From positions 7,564,001 to 7,628,000 of the forward strand of contig OX597829.1 in NCBI GenBank assembly GCA_951406725.2: a stretch of DNA of 64,000 nucleotides, in the 5' to 3' direction. Below are positions 42,037 through 56,040 of the stretch, in pieces. The notes beneath the pieces are model-generated. The model saw only the letters and a program-made list of their open reading frames with translations, had not been told where the DNA came from and searched no databases. Each line of letters opens with the position of its first letter. The stretch's first letter is position 1. The position numbers and the translations under genes were made by a program. The stretch comes from Octopus vulgaris. Lineage: Eukaryota.

Positions 42037-42365
42037 GGTGCAAGAGTAAGTAGCTTGCTTACCAACCACATGGTTCTGGGTTCAGTCCCACTGTGTGGCA
42101 CCTTGGCAAGCCTTGTGAGTGGATTTGGTAGATGGAAAGTGAAAGAAGCCCATTGTATATATGCATGTGTGTGTGTGTTTGTCTCCCCAACATCGCTTGA
42201 CAACCAATGCTGGTGTGTCTACATCCCAGTAACTTAGTGGTTCGCCAAAAATGACCGATAGAATAAGTACTAGGCTTACGAAGAATAATTCCTGGGGTTG
42301 ATTTGCTTGACTAAAGATGGTGCTCCAGGATGGCTACAGTCAAATGACTGAAACAAATAAAAGAA
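42037..42365 (+). mobile_element. SINE
   Basis: tRNA-like head (ggttcagtcccactg), body gatagaataagtactaggctt, tail gtcaaatgactgaaacaaataaaag; related inverted copy at ~54140-54367. Confidence 0.75.
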
Positions 42366-43087
42366 TATATGTTACATATATATGACATGAATCTGCATCC
42401 AGGAGACAGGCTCGAGTTGTGGAGAGTATGAGCTCATCTCTTAACTACCAATACTCGTAGGTCCATTCAGATCCAGAATAATATGTCAGGCTACTATTCT
42501 CAGGGGTAGAGGTGGCTTCCATTATTTTTGACAAAACTGTTGGGGAAGGCAGCTCTTGCAGTCAAAACAGTAGCAGTCATCTTTCACTGCTTGTCGTTGG
42601 AACTTACTATAGTGACTGAAAGAAATGAAGAAGGTGTTGTCACTTAAATCCAATGACACATGGCAGTCTCATTATTATTTCACTTCTTGGTCTGATTTGT
42701 ACTTTATAAAGGCCTTATTGATGAATGTATGGCATGCAGGCTCATGTGAGAAGGCGAGCAACCATCATGTCTGTCTATCTGTGTCATATCAGTACCAATT
42801 CCCAGTGAACTAACTGTATGTGTGCATATATGTATGCATGCGTGTTTGTGCATGTGTACATGAGTGTATGAGAGTGTGTGTGTGTGTGTGTGTGTCTGTG
42901 TGTGTGTGTGTGTATAATATATAAAAACCTCTTATAGGGATATTTTATCCAAGATACACTCTTTAATATATATTTTGAAGAGATATTTGTCCAATGAATA
43001 TATTGTATAAAATATGAAATATCAAACATTATTATAGAGTTAGAAAACAGATGGATACAAATTAATTAATTAATTAATTAATTAATT

Positions 43088-43398
43088 AATCAATCAATCA
43101 ATCAACATATTCACCAACAAAATTACAATTACAAGACCTATATAAATATATAATTTTGCATTTTAAATAGCTTGTACGGAGAATCATCAGGGTGTACAAA
43201 GGACAATACAAGGATTACATTAGGATACATTTGGAATATTCAGAATATACAGACATGTATATTATGTGTGTGTGTGTGTATGTGTGTGTGCGTGCATGTG
43301 ATAAAACTATTCTTTTTATTTCAATTCAAACATAATAATAATAATAATCATGAATGATGGTTTATATTATATGCGTGTAAAGTAATATAATGAATAAA
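43088..43398. repeat. Left arm of ~310-bp inverted repeat (right arm ~45139-45440)
   Basis: For example catttggaatattcagaatatacagacatg vs catgtctgtatattctgagtgttccaaatg; aatcatgaatgatggtttatattatat vs atataatataaaccatcattcatgatt. Confidence 0.9.
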
Positions 43399-43414
43399 TA
43401 TCATATATATAAGT

Positions 43415-43722
43415 ACTCCGTGCTGGTGGCACGTACAAGACACCATTCGAGTGTGATCGTTACCAGCATTGCCTTACTGTCCCCTGCGCTGGTGGCATGC
43501 GTAAAAGATTCGAGCAAGGTCGTTGCCAGTACCGCCTGACTGGCCCCATGCTGGTGGCACGTAAAAGCACCCACTACACTCTCGGAGTGGTTGGCGTTAG
43601 GAAGGGCATCCAGCTGTAGATCAAGATTGAAGCCTGGTGCAGCCATCTGGTTTGCCAGCCCACAGTCAAATCGTCCAACCCATGCTAGCATGGAAAGCGG
43701 ATGTTAAACGATGATGATGATG
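43415..43722 (+). mobile_element. RTE-tail SINE ending in (GAT)n (copies also at ~28460, 50210-50510, 60120-60372)
   Basis: ggcacgtaaaagcacccactacactctcggagtggttggcgttaggaagggcatccagctgtag ... gttaaacgatgatgatg. Confidence 0.85.
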
Positions 43723-43917
43723 AAAAGTAAAAGTGAAATAAAATAAAATAAAAGTGTAATATGTAGTCATTTTTATTTATTATCTATTATTTTTACTTTA
43801 TTTTTGCTCGTATATACATTTATCTATATACCTAAAGAAGCAACTTAGAAAGGAACATATGTATGATACACATGCATATTGATGTATAAACTATTGACAT
43901 ACATACTCATTGCATGT

Positions 43918-45030
43918 ATCATCATCATCGTTTAACATCCGTTTTCCATGCTGGCATGGGTTGGATGGTTTGACTGCGGTCTGGAGAGCCAGCAGCTGCA
44001 CCAGGCTCCAATCTAATCTGGCAGCGTTTCTACAGCTGGATGCCCTTCCTAATGCTAACCACTCTGAGAGTGTAGTGGAAGCTTTTTATGTGCCACCAGC
44101 ACTGGAGCCAGTCAGGCTGGCCTGGCATCGATTACATTCACATGGTGCTTTTACATGCTACCAGCACAGGAGCCAGGCAAGGGGCAATGGCAGTAGCTAC
44201 GATTCTGGTTTTACTTGTCTCAATAGGTCTTCTCAAGCATATCATGTCATCCGATGTATCAGGGATATTCTTAACATGGCTAGACATGCGTGGCTGCAAT
44301 CTCACTTTAGCTTCCGGATCTTCTCAATCACAGCATATCTCCAAAGGTCCTGGTCTCCAGTCATTGCCTCCGTGAGGCCCAATGTTCGAAGGTCATGCCT
44401 CACCACCTCATCCCATGTCTTCTTGGGTCTACCTCTTCCACAGGTTCCTTCTACAGTTAGGGAGTGGCACTTCCTCACACAGCTATCTTCTTTCATACAT
44501 AACAAATAGGCATACAAGTGCAGTCACCTCTCTTGCATATCACATTTGATGCTTCTTATGCCCAACTTTTCTCTCAGGACACTTACGCAGTGGATTATTC
44601 TAGCTTCAGGTCTTTCAAGACTACACATGTCCTCAGCATTCATGGTCCATGTTTCACTGCCATGTAGCATGGCAGTTTGCACACATGCATCATACAGTCT
44701 GCCTTTCACCCTGAGTGAGAAGCCCTTAGTTGCCAGCAGAGGTAGGAACTCCCTGAACTTTGCCCAAACTATTTTTACTCTAGTCGCTACACTCTACAAG
44801 TGCAGCCCCCTCCCCACTACAGATTTGGTCGCCTAGGTAGCAGAAGCTATGAACTACTAGTCCCCCCCCCCCAACATGTGATGGAATCCGTTTTCTGTAC
44901 ATCTTCAGGGTTTATTGCTCCAGTGCATCTGCCACACATAAAAACTATTTTCCTGGTTAACGTTCCTTTGATATTGCTGTACCTTTTATGTGTCCATAGC
45001 ATACACCGGGTACATCATATGGAGTATATA
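43918..45030 (-). mobile_element. RTE-clade LINE 3' fragment whose 3' UTR matches the SINE tail
   Basis: KGRLYDACVQTAMLHGSETW, EGTCGRGRPKKTWDEVV; the 3' UTR ends in (GAT)n. Confidence 0.88.
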
Positions 45031-45639
45031 TATACGTAAGCACATGTGCACACATATACATACATGAGTATAAATTTTGCTTCATTTTTACTTCATTTTA
45101 TTTCATGAATATATATTTTATTTTTCTCTTACTTTCTTTTATTCATTATATTACTTCACCCGTATATAATATAAACCATCATTCATGATTATTATTATTA
45201 TTATTGAACTGAAATAACAGGAATAATTTTAACACATGCATACACACACACAATAAACATGTCTGTATATTCTGAGTGTTCCAAATGTATCCTAATGTAA
45301 TTCTTGTATTGTCCTTTGTAAACCCTGGTGATTCTCCGTAGAAGCTGTTTAAAATGCAAAATTATATATTTATATAGGTTTTGTAATTGTAATTTTGTTT
45401 GTGAAATGAAACAATTGTTGGTGAATATATTGATTGATTAATAAATACATCATTATCATCGTTTAACGTCCACTTTGGACGATTTGACTGAAGACTGGCG
45501 AGCCAGATGGCTGCACCAGGCTCCAATCTGATCTTGCAGAGTTTATACAGCTGGATGCCCTTCCTAACATCATATATATAAGAGCAGTAATAAGAAACAA
45601 GATGAAAAATGAATAAACAATTATCTTATGAACCTCATT

Positions 45640-45718
45640 AGCTTACAGCTGTTTCCCCTATGAGATGCAGTGGACTCATTTTTGAGTACCTGATTGATAC
45701 CTTAGTTTCATCAGAGCC
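45640..45718 (-). ncRNA. Type I hammerhead ribozyme motif with palindromic stem III and long stem II
   Basis: ggct-CTGATGA-[50 nt with actca-aaaa-tgagt hairpin]-GAAA-cagctg-TA-agct. Confidence 0.6.
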
Positions 45719-46227
45719 TCAAACATGAATTCATGCCTATAAATATGTGTATTATGAATCAATTCATCCTTGCTCCTAGAAACCTTCACAGGGAACTGCC
45801 TGTACATGACATCTTCATTAAATCTTGCTGGATAATGATGATGATGATGATGATGATGATGATAGCAAAATGGCAGTTATTTCCTCCCTCGGTTGGTATA
45901 GTTTGTGGTAGGACATCTTGTCATGTGATCTCAACTGAATCTCTTTTACAGTTCCTCCTACACCTGTGAACGTGGTTTGAGTGCATACACACACACATGT
46001 CTTTCTGCTCCCCACCCATGGGCATGTTCATAGAACTATGGACATAAATCTAGACACAAAATTGTAAAGTGTATGTATATTTACATTTCTATGCATGTAT
46101 GTGCATACCCACAAGGGCTTTAGGAGACTGAAGGAAATTGAAACTACAATCGTATTATTTTTCACACTAAGCACAAGGGTCTGCAGCTTCAAGGCATGCG
46201 ATTCCCAAAGATCTTTTTCTTTTTTAG

Positions 46228-46975
46228 AAGCTTGAAACATCCTACCAAGCTTTTTTCCAGTTCTACAAGTTCAGAGCTTCCACAATCAATGGTAGGTCTG
46301 GAGAGATAATTGAAATGCTCAAGCAGAGACAGGTAGATGTATGCTGAGTTGTAGGAGAAAAGTGTGTATGAATGGATAATGGTAAGCTTGCACTCAGTGA
46401 TTCAGACAAGAAATAGATGTGGAAGAGTTACTCTGCAAGGCTATTGAATGTGGAGAATGAGTGGGATAAAGGGAGTCTCCCTCATGTGAACCCAACAAAG
46501 GGACCAGCTATCCTTGTGGACAGTAGCATGGTAGATAAGGCAATTGAAGATATGAAAACAGGTCCATCTGGGGTCATTGCTGAGATGCTCAAAATATCTG
46601 GTAAGATAAGATACAGACTAGTCACCTGCATAGCTAATTTGGTTATTCAGGAAGGTGTAATACCCAGTGCCTGGTGTAACAACATAATAATTAACTGCTA
46701 TAAAGGTAAGGGGTATGCTTTAGATTGAAGCAATCATAGAGGCATCAAACTCCTGGGCCAGGTGATGAAAATTACAGAGCGAGTTACAACCCAATTAATT
46801 AGGGGCAGAGTTAAACTAGACAAAATGCAGTTTAGCTTTGCCCTGGTGAGAAGCGCTACTGATGTTATTTTCACAGTCAGGCAAGAATAAACCATTATAC
46901 TTGTCATCTGTAAATCTAGAGGAAACCTTCAATAGAGTGCCCCCACTGTATGATATGTGGGCTCTGAGGATGCTA
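46228..46975 (+). mobile_element. Internally deleted RTE LINE (APE start plus RT N-terminus)
   Basis: FRASTING-RSGEIIEMLKQRQVDVC; GPSGVIAEMLK; YKGKG..RGIKLL. Confidence 0.8.
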
Positions 46976-48207
46976 TGTTTTATTTTTCCCTCTTTCCACG
47001 AGGCCTATGTATAAACGATTAAATCAAAAACTCTAACATCAACCTTTCACTCTTGGGTCCTTCATTACTGACAACCCCATTTTTATCAACCATTAAGTTT
47101 TCCTTTTCAACAAGTCTCTCACTCCAATTGCCCTATTTACCCATCAACCCTGGTTCTTCTTTGCTCATCACTTTCCCGATCCCACACATCTGTCATATCA
47201 TCACAGATTTTATAGAGTGCAAGGCAACCCTGTAACTGTACAATTTAGCAAATGAGTAAAAATGTTGTAAGGATGAAGGGAAACCTTAGTCGTGTTGAAG
47301 AGAAAACAATCTCTCTAATGCTAATGCCATGACAGCAAAATGCACTCAGTACAACCTGCAAAGTGGTTAAAGTCAGATATGGCATCCATGTAGGAAAACT
47401 CAGTTACAAGTGAGGTATGAGTGAGGTGTGATCTTATGAGCCATCAAAGTGGACAGTAACTCTGAATAAAGACTAATCTGGACTGTAGTAACCAGCCCAG
47501 CACAACCTAAGCATAAAAGGATGTTGATAAACCATTAATCAATCACTCTTTCCTTATCTCTCTCTTCACACACACACAGATATGCATGTATATTACAATA
47601 TATAGTAAAAAGTTTGTTTGGAATGTTGGATGCACACATGCCTTTACTGTTGTTGGAAATAGAAGTAAGACGCAAGTGGTACCATGTGAGGCTGTTGAAG
47701 AAAGAGAATGCTTATTAATCCACATGTGAATGGTATAAGTTCAACCCAGGAACATACTTATGTATGCATGTTATGTATGTATGTATGAATGTATGCATGC
47801 GTGTTATGTACGTATTTGTAAGTGTCTATGCATGAATGTATATATATGACAGATCCCAGCAGAGATTCCATCTACCAAATTTCCACTTGCAAGTCATTTG
47901 TCAAACTGGTTCGGACACTTGCCCAAGGTAGGGACACAGCATGCAATTAGATTCTGAACCATGAGTTTCAAAAGAGAATTCTGTACAACTCACCATGTGC
48001 ATAATATATGTAAATAAGCAATTTTTACAAACTGCTAATTTTTACATTTTATCGTAATTGAGAAAAGCTAAACTATATATGAAGTGACATAAAGGAGGAG
48101 CATGGGGGAAGAGGAGAGAAACCAAGTTATATACAGAAAGTGATATAAAGAGTGTCAAAACTAAAATGATTAAGGTGTGTGGAGGTGTGTGTGTGTGTGT
48201 GTGTGTG

Positions 48208-48243
<36 letters not shown>

Positions 48244-48624
48244 TTATTCAGACTTGATTTTCAAATATCTATATTTAGGGTAAGAATGCTGAAGTAGAGT
48301 AGAAAATATTTAAGACATTGTATGATTTGTATGTAAGCACAGTATTGTAGTGAAAAAAAAAAGAAAAAAAGAAAATGTACAAGTATTTAAGGCATGTAGC
48401 TTTGGTATGTAAGTAGGTATGTGGGACGGGACGATAGGTAAGTTGGTAGCCTCTATATTTACAGATGTAATGCTTACTTCAAACAGTAAATCTGTACTTA
48501 TACATATATATATATATGTATACACACACACATGCAAATATGTCAGTGATTTAATGCCAATTAGTGGTGTGGACCAGGGGTGTCTGTGTGTGTGTGTAGT
48601 AGTAGTAGTAGTAGTAGCAGCAGC

Positions 48625-49110
48625 AGTATCATCCCAGATATAGGAGCAAAGACCAATTGTGGGTCTCATTTGAATTTTGCAAAGTGTGAGCATCCGTTTG
48701 GGGTTGAACATTATGGCCCTGAAGAGAAAAGTCAGATTGACAAGAACAAACCTTAGGCAGACTACAAGTGGTTGAAAATGAAACAGAAATATCTCTATCA
48801 AGACATACTGCATGGAAGCCACAGATCCAAGAGATGAGAAATGGGTAAAGCCCACAGGTGAGACGTTTTGAGAGAAGATATGCATACGAGACAAGGTGAA
48901 AAGCCTTGCAGATATAACACCAACATCGTTTTCACTGAATTTCTCTAAAGTGTAGGTCTACAGGTGAATGACATAAAGAGTGAATCTAACTCTGGATGTC
49001 GCTTTGATGGTCACTGAGTAGGGAGAATTTCAAAATATTGGAAAAGACCATTTTCAATGGCTGTCACTTTTAGTTTAGAGGTAAGTCCTGCAGGACATGG
49101 GGTGCACTGA
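48625..49110 (-). mobile_element. Decayed LINE RT C-terminal fragment
   Basis: LTLCKIQMRPTIGLCSYIWD, resembling the Y..IRP..EYC..IW motif. Confidence 0.55.
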
Positions 49111-49314
49111 AGTGAGCTTACAAATAACAGATTATATCCTTGTAGAGAGTGAGAAATTCTAAAGTTTAATGAGTATAAGAACATATCCTCTCAGTTTTTA
49201 TACATGTGTGTATGTCTGTCTATCAATCCCTATACACACATACATGAGTACACACACACATAACACATAGTGGCTCATCCATATTTCCATGCATAAAGCT
49301 TGCCTCTTCTCGTT

Positions 49315-49560
49315 CCCATTTGGACATGTGATGGATATGAATGAGGACAGCTGTATAAAGAAGTGCTGATCACTGAAAGTGGGTGGTACCTGTGGAAGAG
49401 AGAGACCCAGGAAGATATGAGATGAAGTGGTGAGGATCCATCTCAGGATATTGGATCTCACAAAAGAAATGACAATGGACTGAGATGTCTGGCAATATGA
49501 GGTTCTTAAGAGGAGATGCCCACATTGGCAAAACTGAGTTCTAGAAGTGCTGTGTGTTCC
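49315..49560 (+). mobile_element. RTE LINE 3' ORF remnant
   Basis: FGHVMDMNEDSCIKKC..KVGGTCGRERPRKI; similar to the reverse complement of 44300-44520. Confidence 0.75.
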
Positions 49561-50557
49561 ACCCACACCTAACAAGAAAACTTTTCACACACCCTACCCC
49601 AACAACCAAACTATATCACTTCTGCATATTTCCTTTTTCAAGCTCTATGCTTATCTCTCACTCTCTAATCTTGTCCGCACAGCCCTGCTCATTGTATCAT
49701 TGCTATCCAGTGGCATCCTGCTCTATGTACTCACTGTAGTCCCCATCCCTACTCACTCTCTACTCATGCTTCATTGGCAATGCCCTGCCACTTATTTTAT
49801 GACCTTTGAACCTCAAGGTTCTTGGCACTTGCCACCATCTGTCCCTCTCTTCTTTTACTCAACCACCCCATTTATATTCTGATCCCTGTCCCTTGTGAGT
49901 ATGCCCAGCACTCCACCACCATCTCTCTCTTGCACTCTTGTTGTCTCTCACTCTCACTCTTTCCCTTCCTCTTTCTTCACGATGGGTAACCATGTATCTC
50001 CTTTACAGTGACACACCTGTTTCTGTCCTCATTCCTGATCCCTCTCTCCCTCTGGCTGGGTAACCTTGTACCTCCCCTACAGCAAGACACTTGTCTCTGT
50101 CTCTCTTTGTCTCACTATAACCTTTCAACATCTGACACAAGATCACCTCCTCCTCCTCCAATGCCCCCCCTCTCCTCAAAGGTTCTTTGTCTTGCAAGCT
50201 ACTTGGTGACCCTGTCAGTGCAGGTGCCACTTAAAAAGCACCCAGTCCACACTGTGAAGTCGTTGGCATTTGGAAGGGCATCCAGCTGTAAAAACCTTGC
50301 CAAAACTGACCTCGCCTGTGCTTGTGCCACATAAGAAGCACTCAGCCATTCTGTTGGGTGATTGGTGTTAGGAAGGGAATCTAACTGTTAAAACCTTGCC
50401 AAAGCAGCCACAGATGTCTGGTGCTGGCTTCTGCCTGGACAGATTCTGTCAAACCATCCAACCCATGCAGTATAGAAGGCAGACATTAAGTGATGATGAT
50501 GATGATGATTATTATTAGTTTTATTATTCTTTTTTAAGAACTGGATCTCAAAGCACA

Positions 50558-51450
50558 TATGAACGGGTACCCAAAAGAAACCGGAATTTTGGAATATTAT
50601 TTTATTCCCTTAGATTTACATGTTTTACACTTTTATTGCCTTCAAAGTATTTTCCATTTGATGCAATGCTTCGGTCCAAACGCATTTTCTACTGTTTAAA
50701 GCAGTCCTAGATATCTAGCCTTTTAATGCCTCTGTCGTTATTTTTTCTTCATCTCTTCCACATCAGCATAGCAACCCTAACCCTAAGTGTAGTAACACTA
50801 GTGATGACCTTCAAAAAAAAAAAAAAAAAAAGGTCTGGATTAACTTCCATCTGTTTTTTCACTTCACAACATGTATTCAGTCGTGACTGCTTTTGATCTT
50901 CCTTGATCAAGCAAGGTACAAATTTTGCTGCAACTCTTTGCATTCGCAATTTCTCACTCAAAATTTCATTGGCAGGAGCCACAGGAGACACCAATCATAT
51001 CAACAAGTTTCTTAATTGTTTGGTAATGGTCACTTCATGAACTTTTGTGATGTTTTCATTCATTCAGGAGGTCAACAGTCACCCTGAATGAGGTTGGTCT
51101 TCAAGTGACAAGTGACCATTCCTAGAGCATGAAAACCACTCATAAACTTGTGCTTTGCTCATGGCAACATCCTTGTAAGCTGTTTGAAGCCTGACAACTG
51201 TTTTGGCTGCTGTTTTTCCCAGCAGAAAACGGAATTTCATTGAAGCATACTGTTCCTTCATTTCAACTATAGCAGAAATTGACAAACACTGCAAAACAAA
51301 GATGCACCACATGGTAGTATGACCCCACTTGATGCCACCAGTTGGCAGACCGATATCTGAGGATTGCATCAAGTGGCTGCTAGCGGCAGAAGCCCTAACT
51401 ACAACCAGTTTGTCATACAGAGAACGTTTCCTTTTGAGTTCCCCTTCATA
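50558..51450 (-). mobile_element. Internally deleted mariner with both TIRs
   Basis: TIRs tatgaacgggtacccaaaagaaac / rc tatgaaggggaactcaaaaggaaac; EQYASMKFRFLLGKTAAKT...VYEWF, VAAKFVP, KVIT. Confidence 0.9.
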
Positions 51451-54400
51451 CATAAATGCTATAAGCAATAAATAAGAGTATTCATTATGCAACGCATTTA
51501 TTTGCTTTGAGATCCACTTCTGAAAAAGAATCATTTCATGTTCTCTTGATAGCTTATAAATTCTTATGATGACAACAATTATTATAAAAGAAATCATTAT
51601 TGAATGAGAGAGCACTGGGGTACAAATATACAAAGCCCAGTATACCCATCATGATGACCCGTCTGATAAGGGTACACCAAGCACATGCATCACAACCATA
51701 TGTGCACGATATGGTGATCTCATATCAATATAAACAGAGCATGACCTTGCAGGTGAGGCCCAGATAGAATTTCTTCAGGTTGAGTAGCTCATCCCGCTCA
51801 AAAGGTCCATCATCATCATCATCATTATTATTATTATTATTCTGTGAAGCAGTAAACTATTCTACAACATATTCTTCATATAACGCAAGAGGCTTTTAGT
51901 TAATTTCACTTCATTCAGTAACGAATGGTGATGAAAGAAACGAATAAGAGTTTGAAAAATTTTTAAACAGCAGAAAGGGCAAAGAACGAATTCTCAATCA
52001 TTTTATTTAAGACAATGATTCATAGTGTATTCAGTTAAGACAGTCTTGGATTTATGTATGAATATGATTATCACCACTAGGTATATGAAAGAGAAGCTGG
52101 AAAGAAAGTGTTTAAAGCACGACTGCTAACATATACACGTATGAGCTGCCATGTATATGTTTAGACACACTCATTTATGAGCACTATTTGGCATACACAC
52201 ACAAACGCACACATTTGTGAGCAGAGTATGGGTGTTGAAAAGAAAATATTTTGTGGTACATCATTAAAATAATTTTATTTTATAGATATATATATTCGTG
52301 TGTGTGTGCGTATGTATATATATATGTATATATTCCAACCACTAGAGCTGTCTGCTATAGTTGTTGTTGCATTAACTATTTGTTATTCTTACTCTTTAGC
52401 ATTTTATGTTACAGTTTGAAGTCTTTTTATTTTTTTACAATCTTGTTTTTGTAACCTAGGTAAAGTAGGTAACAAGGAAAATATTTAAAAAGAAAAAAAA
52501 AACTTATACATCTAGTTTGAAGTCTCAGGTGGTCTGGTATCATCATCAATATTATTATTACTATTATTATTATTGCCTATTTCTGACCATACTTCACACC
52601 ATGATCATTAACGAGATGTTTTAGAAATGTGACTCTACTATAGCTCTAAAGGCCTTTCTGGTCTGATTCCTAAAATAATAATCCTTTACTGTTTCACTTA
52701 TATCTTCAGTGCTCCCCACCTGCCACTATGAACAGTTTGTTTCATTGCAAGCAGCACTGATTAACTACAGCCTCCACCATCCCACACCAAAACAAAAATG
52801 TGTGCGTGTGCGTGTGTGTTTAAGTAACGATCCGTACGACCCCTAACACTCTTCATATTTAGATGATTGCTTATTTATTTAATCAACCAAATCAATAAAT
52901 ACTTTTTATGGTACTGGTCTCCACTCCTTGGCTTGTTGCAACCACTTCGGTTTATATAAACTGAATTAGTATGTAATATTAACTGATATATTTATTGAAA
53001 TAACCATTTTAAATTTTTAAAAAAGTGAATATTACAAAAATATTATACACCACAAACTAATGAAGTAAACCTTGAATCTGGCTTGCAAAAGAAGGAACTG
53101 ACCCAGATCTAAATATGTATTTTTACATGTGCTCAATGTAGTTTCATGTATTTGTTTTTTTAGCTGTTAAAAGTCTGATCCCTATTGATCATGTGATTAA
53201 TGCCACACCTCTCAATATCCTACCTTAATGTTAACGAGCACTTTGTGACATGATACATTAGATTAGAAGGTGGCAAGCTGGCAGAAACATTAGCACACCG
53301 GGTGAAATGCTTAGCCGTATTTCGTCTTTATGTTCTTGAGTTCAAATTCCACCAAGGTCAGCTTTGCCTTTCATCCTTCTGGGGTTGATAAATTAAGTAC
53401 CAGTTGCGAACTGGGGTCGGTCTAATTGATTGCCCCCCGCCCCTCTCCCAGAATTTCAGGCCTTGTGCCTAGAGTAGAAAAGAAGATTAGATCAGTGCTG
53501 CATTTAACCTATATATGTCTGAATCTTATAAGAGTTTGTGGAAAAGCTCCTGGCTTTCGGGTAAAAGAAATTACAGGAGGGTCATCAGTTAATTATGATT
53601 TTATTCAACATAATCCCCTCTCAGATTCACATGCCTATTGCAGTAATCCTTCAGTTTTTCTAATCCCTGAAAAAGAATTCAGAAGGTTGGGCCTCCAGGA
53701 ATTTTTCAGCACCCCCTCATTGTATACCCGTGTCAGTTTTGTTAATTACTCATACGAGTTCTTAGAAAACAATGAATTAAGAGATTATAATGTTCAAAAT
53801 ATGATCCATCTGGTTCAGTTTGTATCTCAATTTGTTCAGATCAATGGCCACCAAAAGCTGCATTCTACTTGTGAAGAACGGTCCAGCAAATAGTGCTATT
53901 ATGGAGAAGTCTGCAAAAGAACCAAGGCCTGAGTTCATTTTGTAGAGATAGGATCTGGCTCACTAGTAATTAGGTATTTTTATGGGCTGTTGAACTCTGT
54001 TTCATTTTTCTCAAGAAGACAAATGCCACAACTCTAAATAACCCAATTTATAGTTAACTATTTATCTTGTAGCAAATACATGTCTAAATAGTGTGTGTGT
54101 GTGTGTGCATGTATATATATATATATATATATCTGTATCTTTTAACTTTTACTTTCACTCATTTGACTGCGGCCATGCTTGGGCACCAACTTGAAGTATT
54201 TTAGTCAAACAAATAAACCCCAGGACTTGTTTTTTAAGCTTGGCACTTACTCTATCAGTCTCTTTTGTTAAACCACTAAGTTACAGGGATGTAAACACAC
54301 TAACACTGGCCCTCACACATATATGATGGGCTTCTTTCAGTTTCTAGCAACCAAATCCATGCACAAGTGGAAAGTGTGTGTGTGTGTGTGTACACACACA

Positions 54401-54929
54401 CACATATATATCATAACCATTACCATCGTTCAATGTCCATGTCCTATGCTAGCATATATCATACTCTACAGTCTTCTGTGGCATGGTTTCTGTGGCTAGA
54501 TACCCTTCCTATCACCAACTATTTTACACCATGTACAGGAGGCTATCTTCATACAGATGAGATTGCTATGAAGCCTACAAGACTAAGACTCCTTTGACTA
54601 CAGTACAAAGACCACAGTAGAGAGGGAGCTGGTTTTATGCTATGAGATGAGGGATGGTTTCTTGATGTAGAAAAGCTACACAGCAACTTATAAGAGAGGG
54701 CAGAAGTGGCTAGGATGGAGCTGTTAGAAAACAAGAATAGTGGTGAAGAAGTGTCAGAGTGGACTCTCAATATGTAAGATGAGTAGAAGTATATGGGGCC
54801 ATGAGAACAGGACGCATAAGTTAGAAGAGGTTGCAAGAGCATATGGGGGAATGACAGATAACCAGAAGTAGGTGAGAGGGTGAATAAAATAAAGAAATAC
54901 TGGAGGATGAAAAGTCATTAGGTATGATT

Positions 54930-55400
54930 TGTTTAGCTATCTAGGCGATAACCATGTACCTTACTTCATTTGATATCTTGAGCATATCTACAATTATTTC
55001 TGTTGGACGCACAGTTTTCCTTCTCTTATGCCTTAAATCATTTTATCTACCATGCTGCTGCTGTCAAATTGAATTACTGATACCTCTGTAAGGTCAGCAT
55101 GTTGTAGTCCTTTTCTGTCCTCTTCTTTCTCTATATTCAACAGCCTCATCTTCCTTATCAGTGGTGAGTACACTTTCATCATTCTGAATACAATTCTTAC
55201 CAATGACATCCAAGTTCTTTCTCACACACTGTCTTGCATTCCTGAACATTTCACACTTCACACTTCTCATCCTGACATCACAGAGCAAATGCCAATTTAT
55301 TCCTTTCTCTCTCACCCTCAGCTGAGTATACATGTTGCTTGGTTGCCTTTCTAGCTGTTTGATATTGTTCCCTGCCACCATCTTCCAGCTAGGTTTCCCA
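54930..55400 (-). mobile_element. Decayed RTE LINE middle fragment
   Basis: FRNARQCVRKNLDVIGKNCIQND. Confidence 0.6.
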
Positions 55401-56040
55401 TAAATGTATTCATGTGTATTTGTATGTGTGTATAATACAGATGTGTGTATGAGTGTACAATGGTTGGATTTATAGCCATAATTATTGGGGCTCTCAGATA
55501 TGTAACCAGCTGCCTGAATACCAATCTTGACAAGTTAGGGTTCTCATAACCAGAAAGAAGAAAGTTAATTAGAAGACAACAGATACAAACCATCAATAGA
55601 ATTGTTAAAATATCAGTCAAAATTATATTTTGCTAGATAGCCATGTACCTCCTCTACAACAAAACATGCAAGCCTGTTCTTCTATCATACCTAAACTCTC
55701 AACACTTGGCATAAAACAGTCTACTAAGATCCTCCTCAGATGAGACAGCTGTTTCTTTGCCTTGTGAGTTGCTTGGTGACCTTACTAGAGCTGGTGTCAC
55801 AAAAGAGATCAGTTATAAACTGTAAAATGATTGGCATTAAGAAGGGTAACCATGCACCAAAACCATGTCAAAGTATATATTGGAGCCAGATGCAGCCCTC
55901 TGACCTGTTGGACCCTCTCACATTGTCCAACTCATGCAAGCATGAAAGAGAGATGTTGGATGATTATGATGATATGGAGAGACACACAATATATATATAT
56001 ATATATACACATACTCACATTATGCATAATAACGTATGTA

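Noticed and set aside
53426-53893. 155-aa ORF
   Set aside because: Starts inside a SINE at a non-ATG codon; no recognisable domain or splice support.
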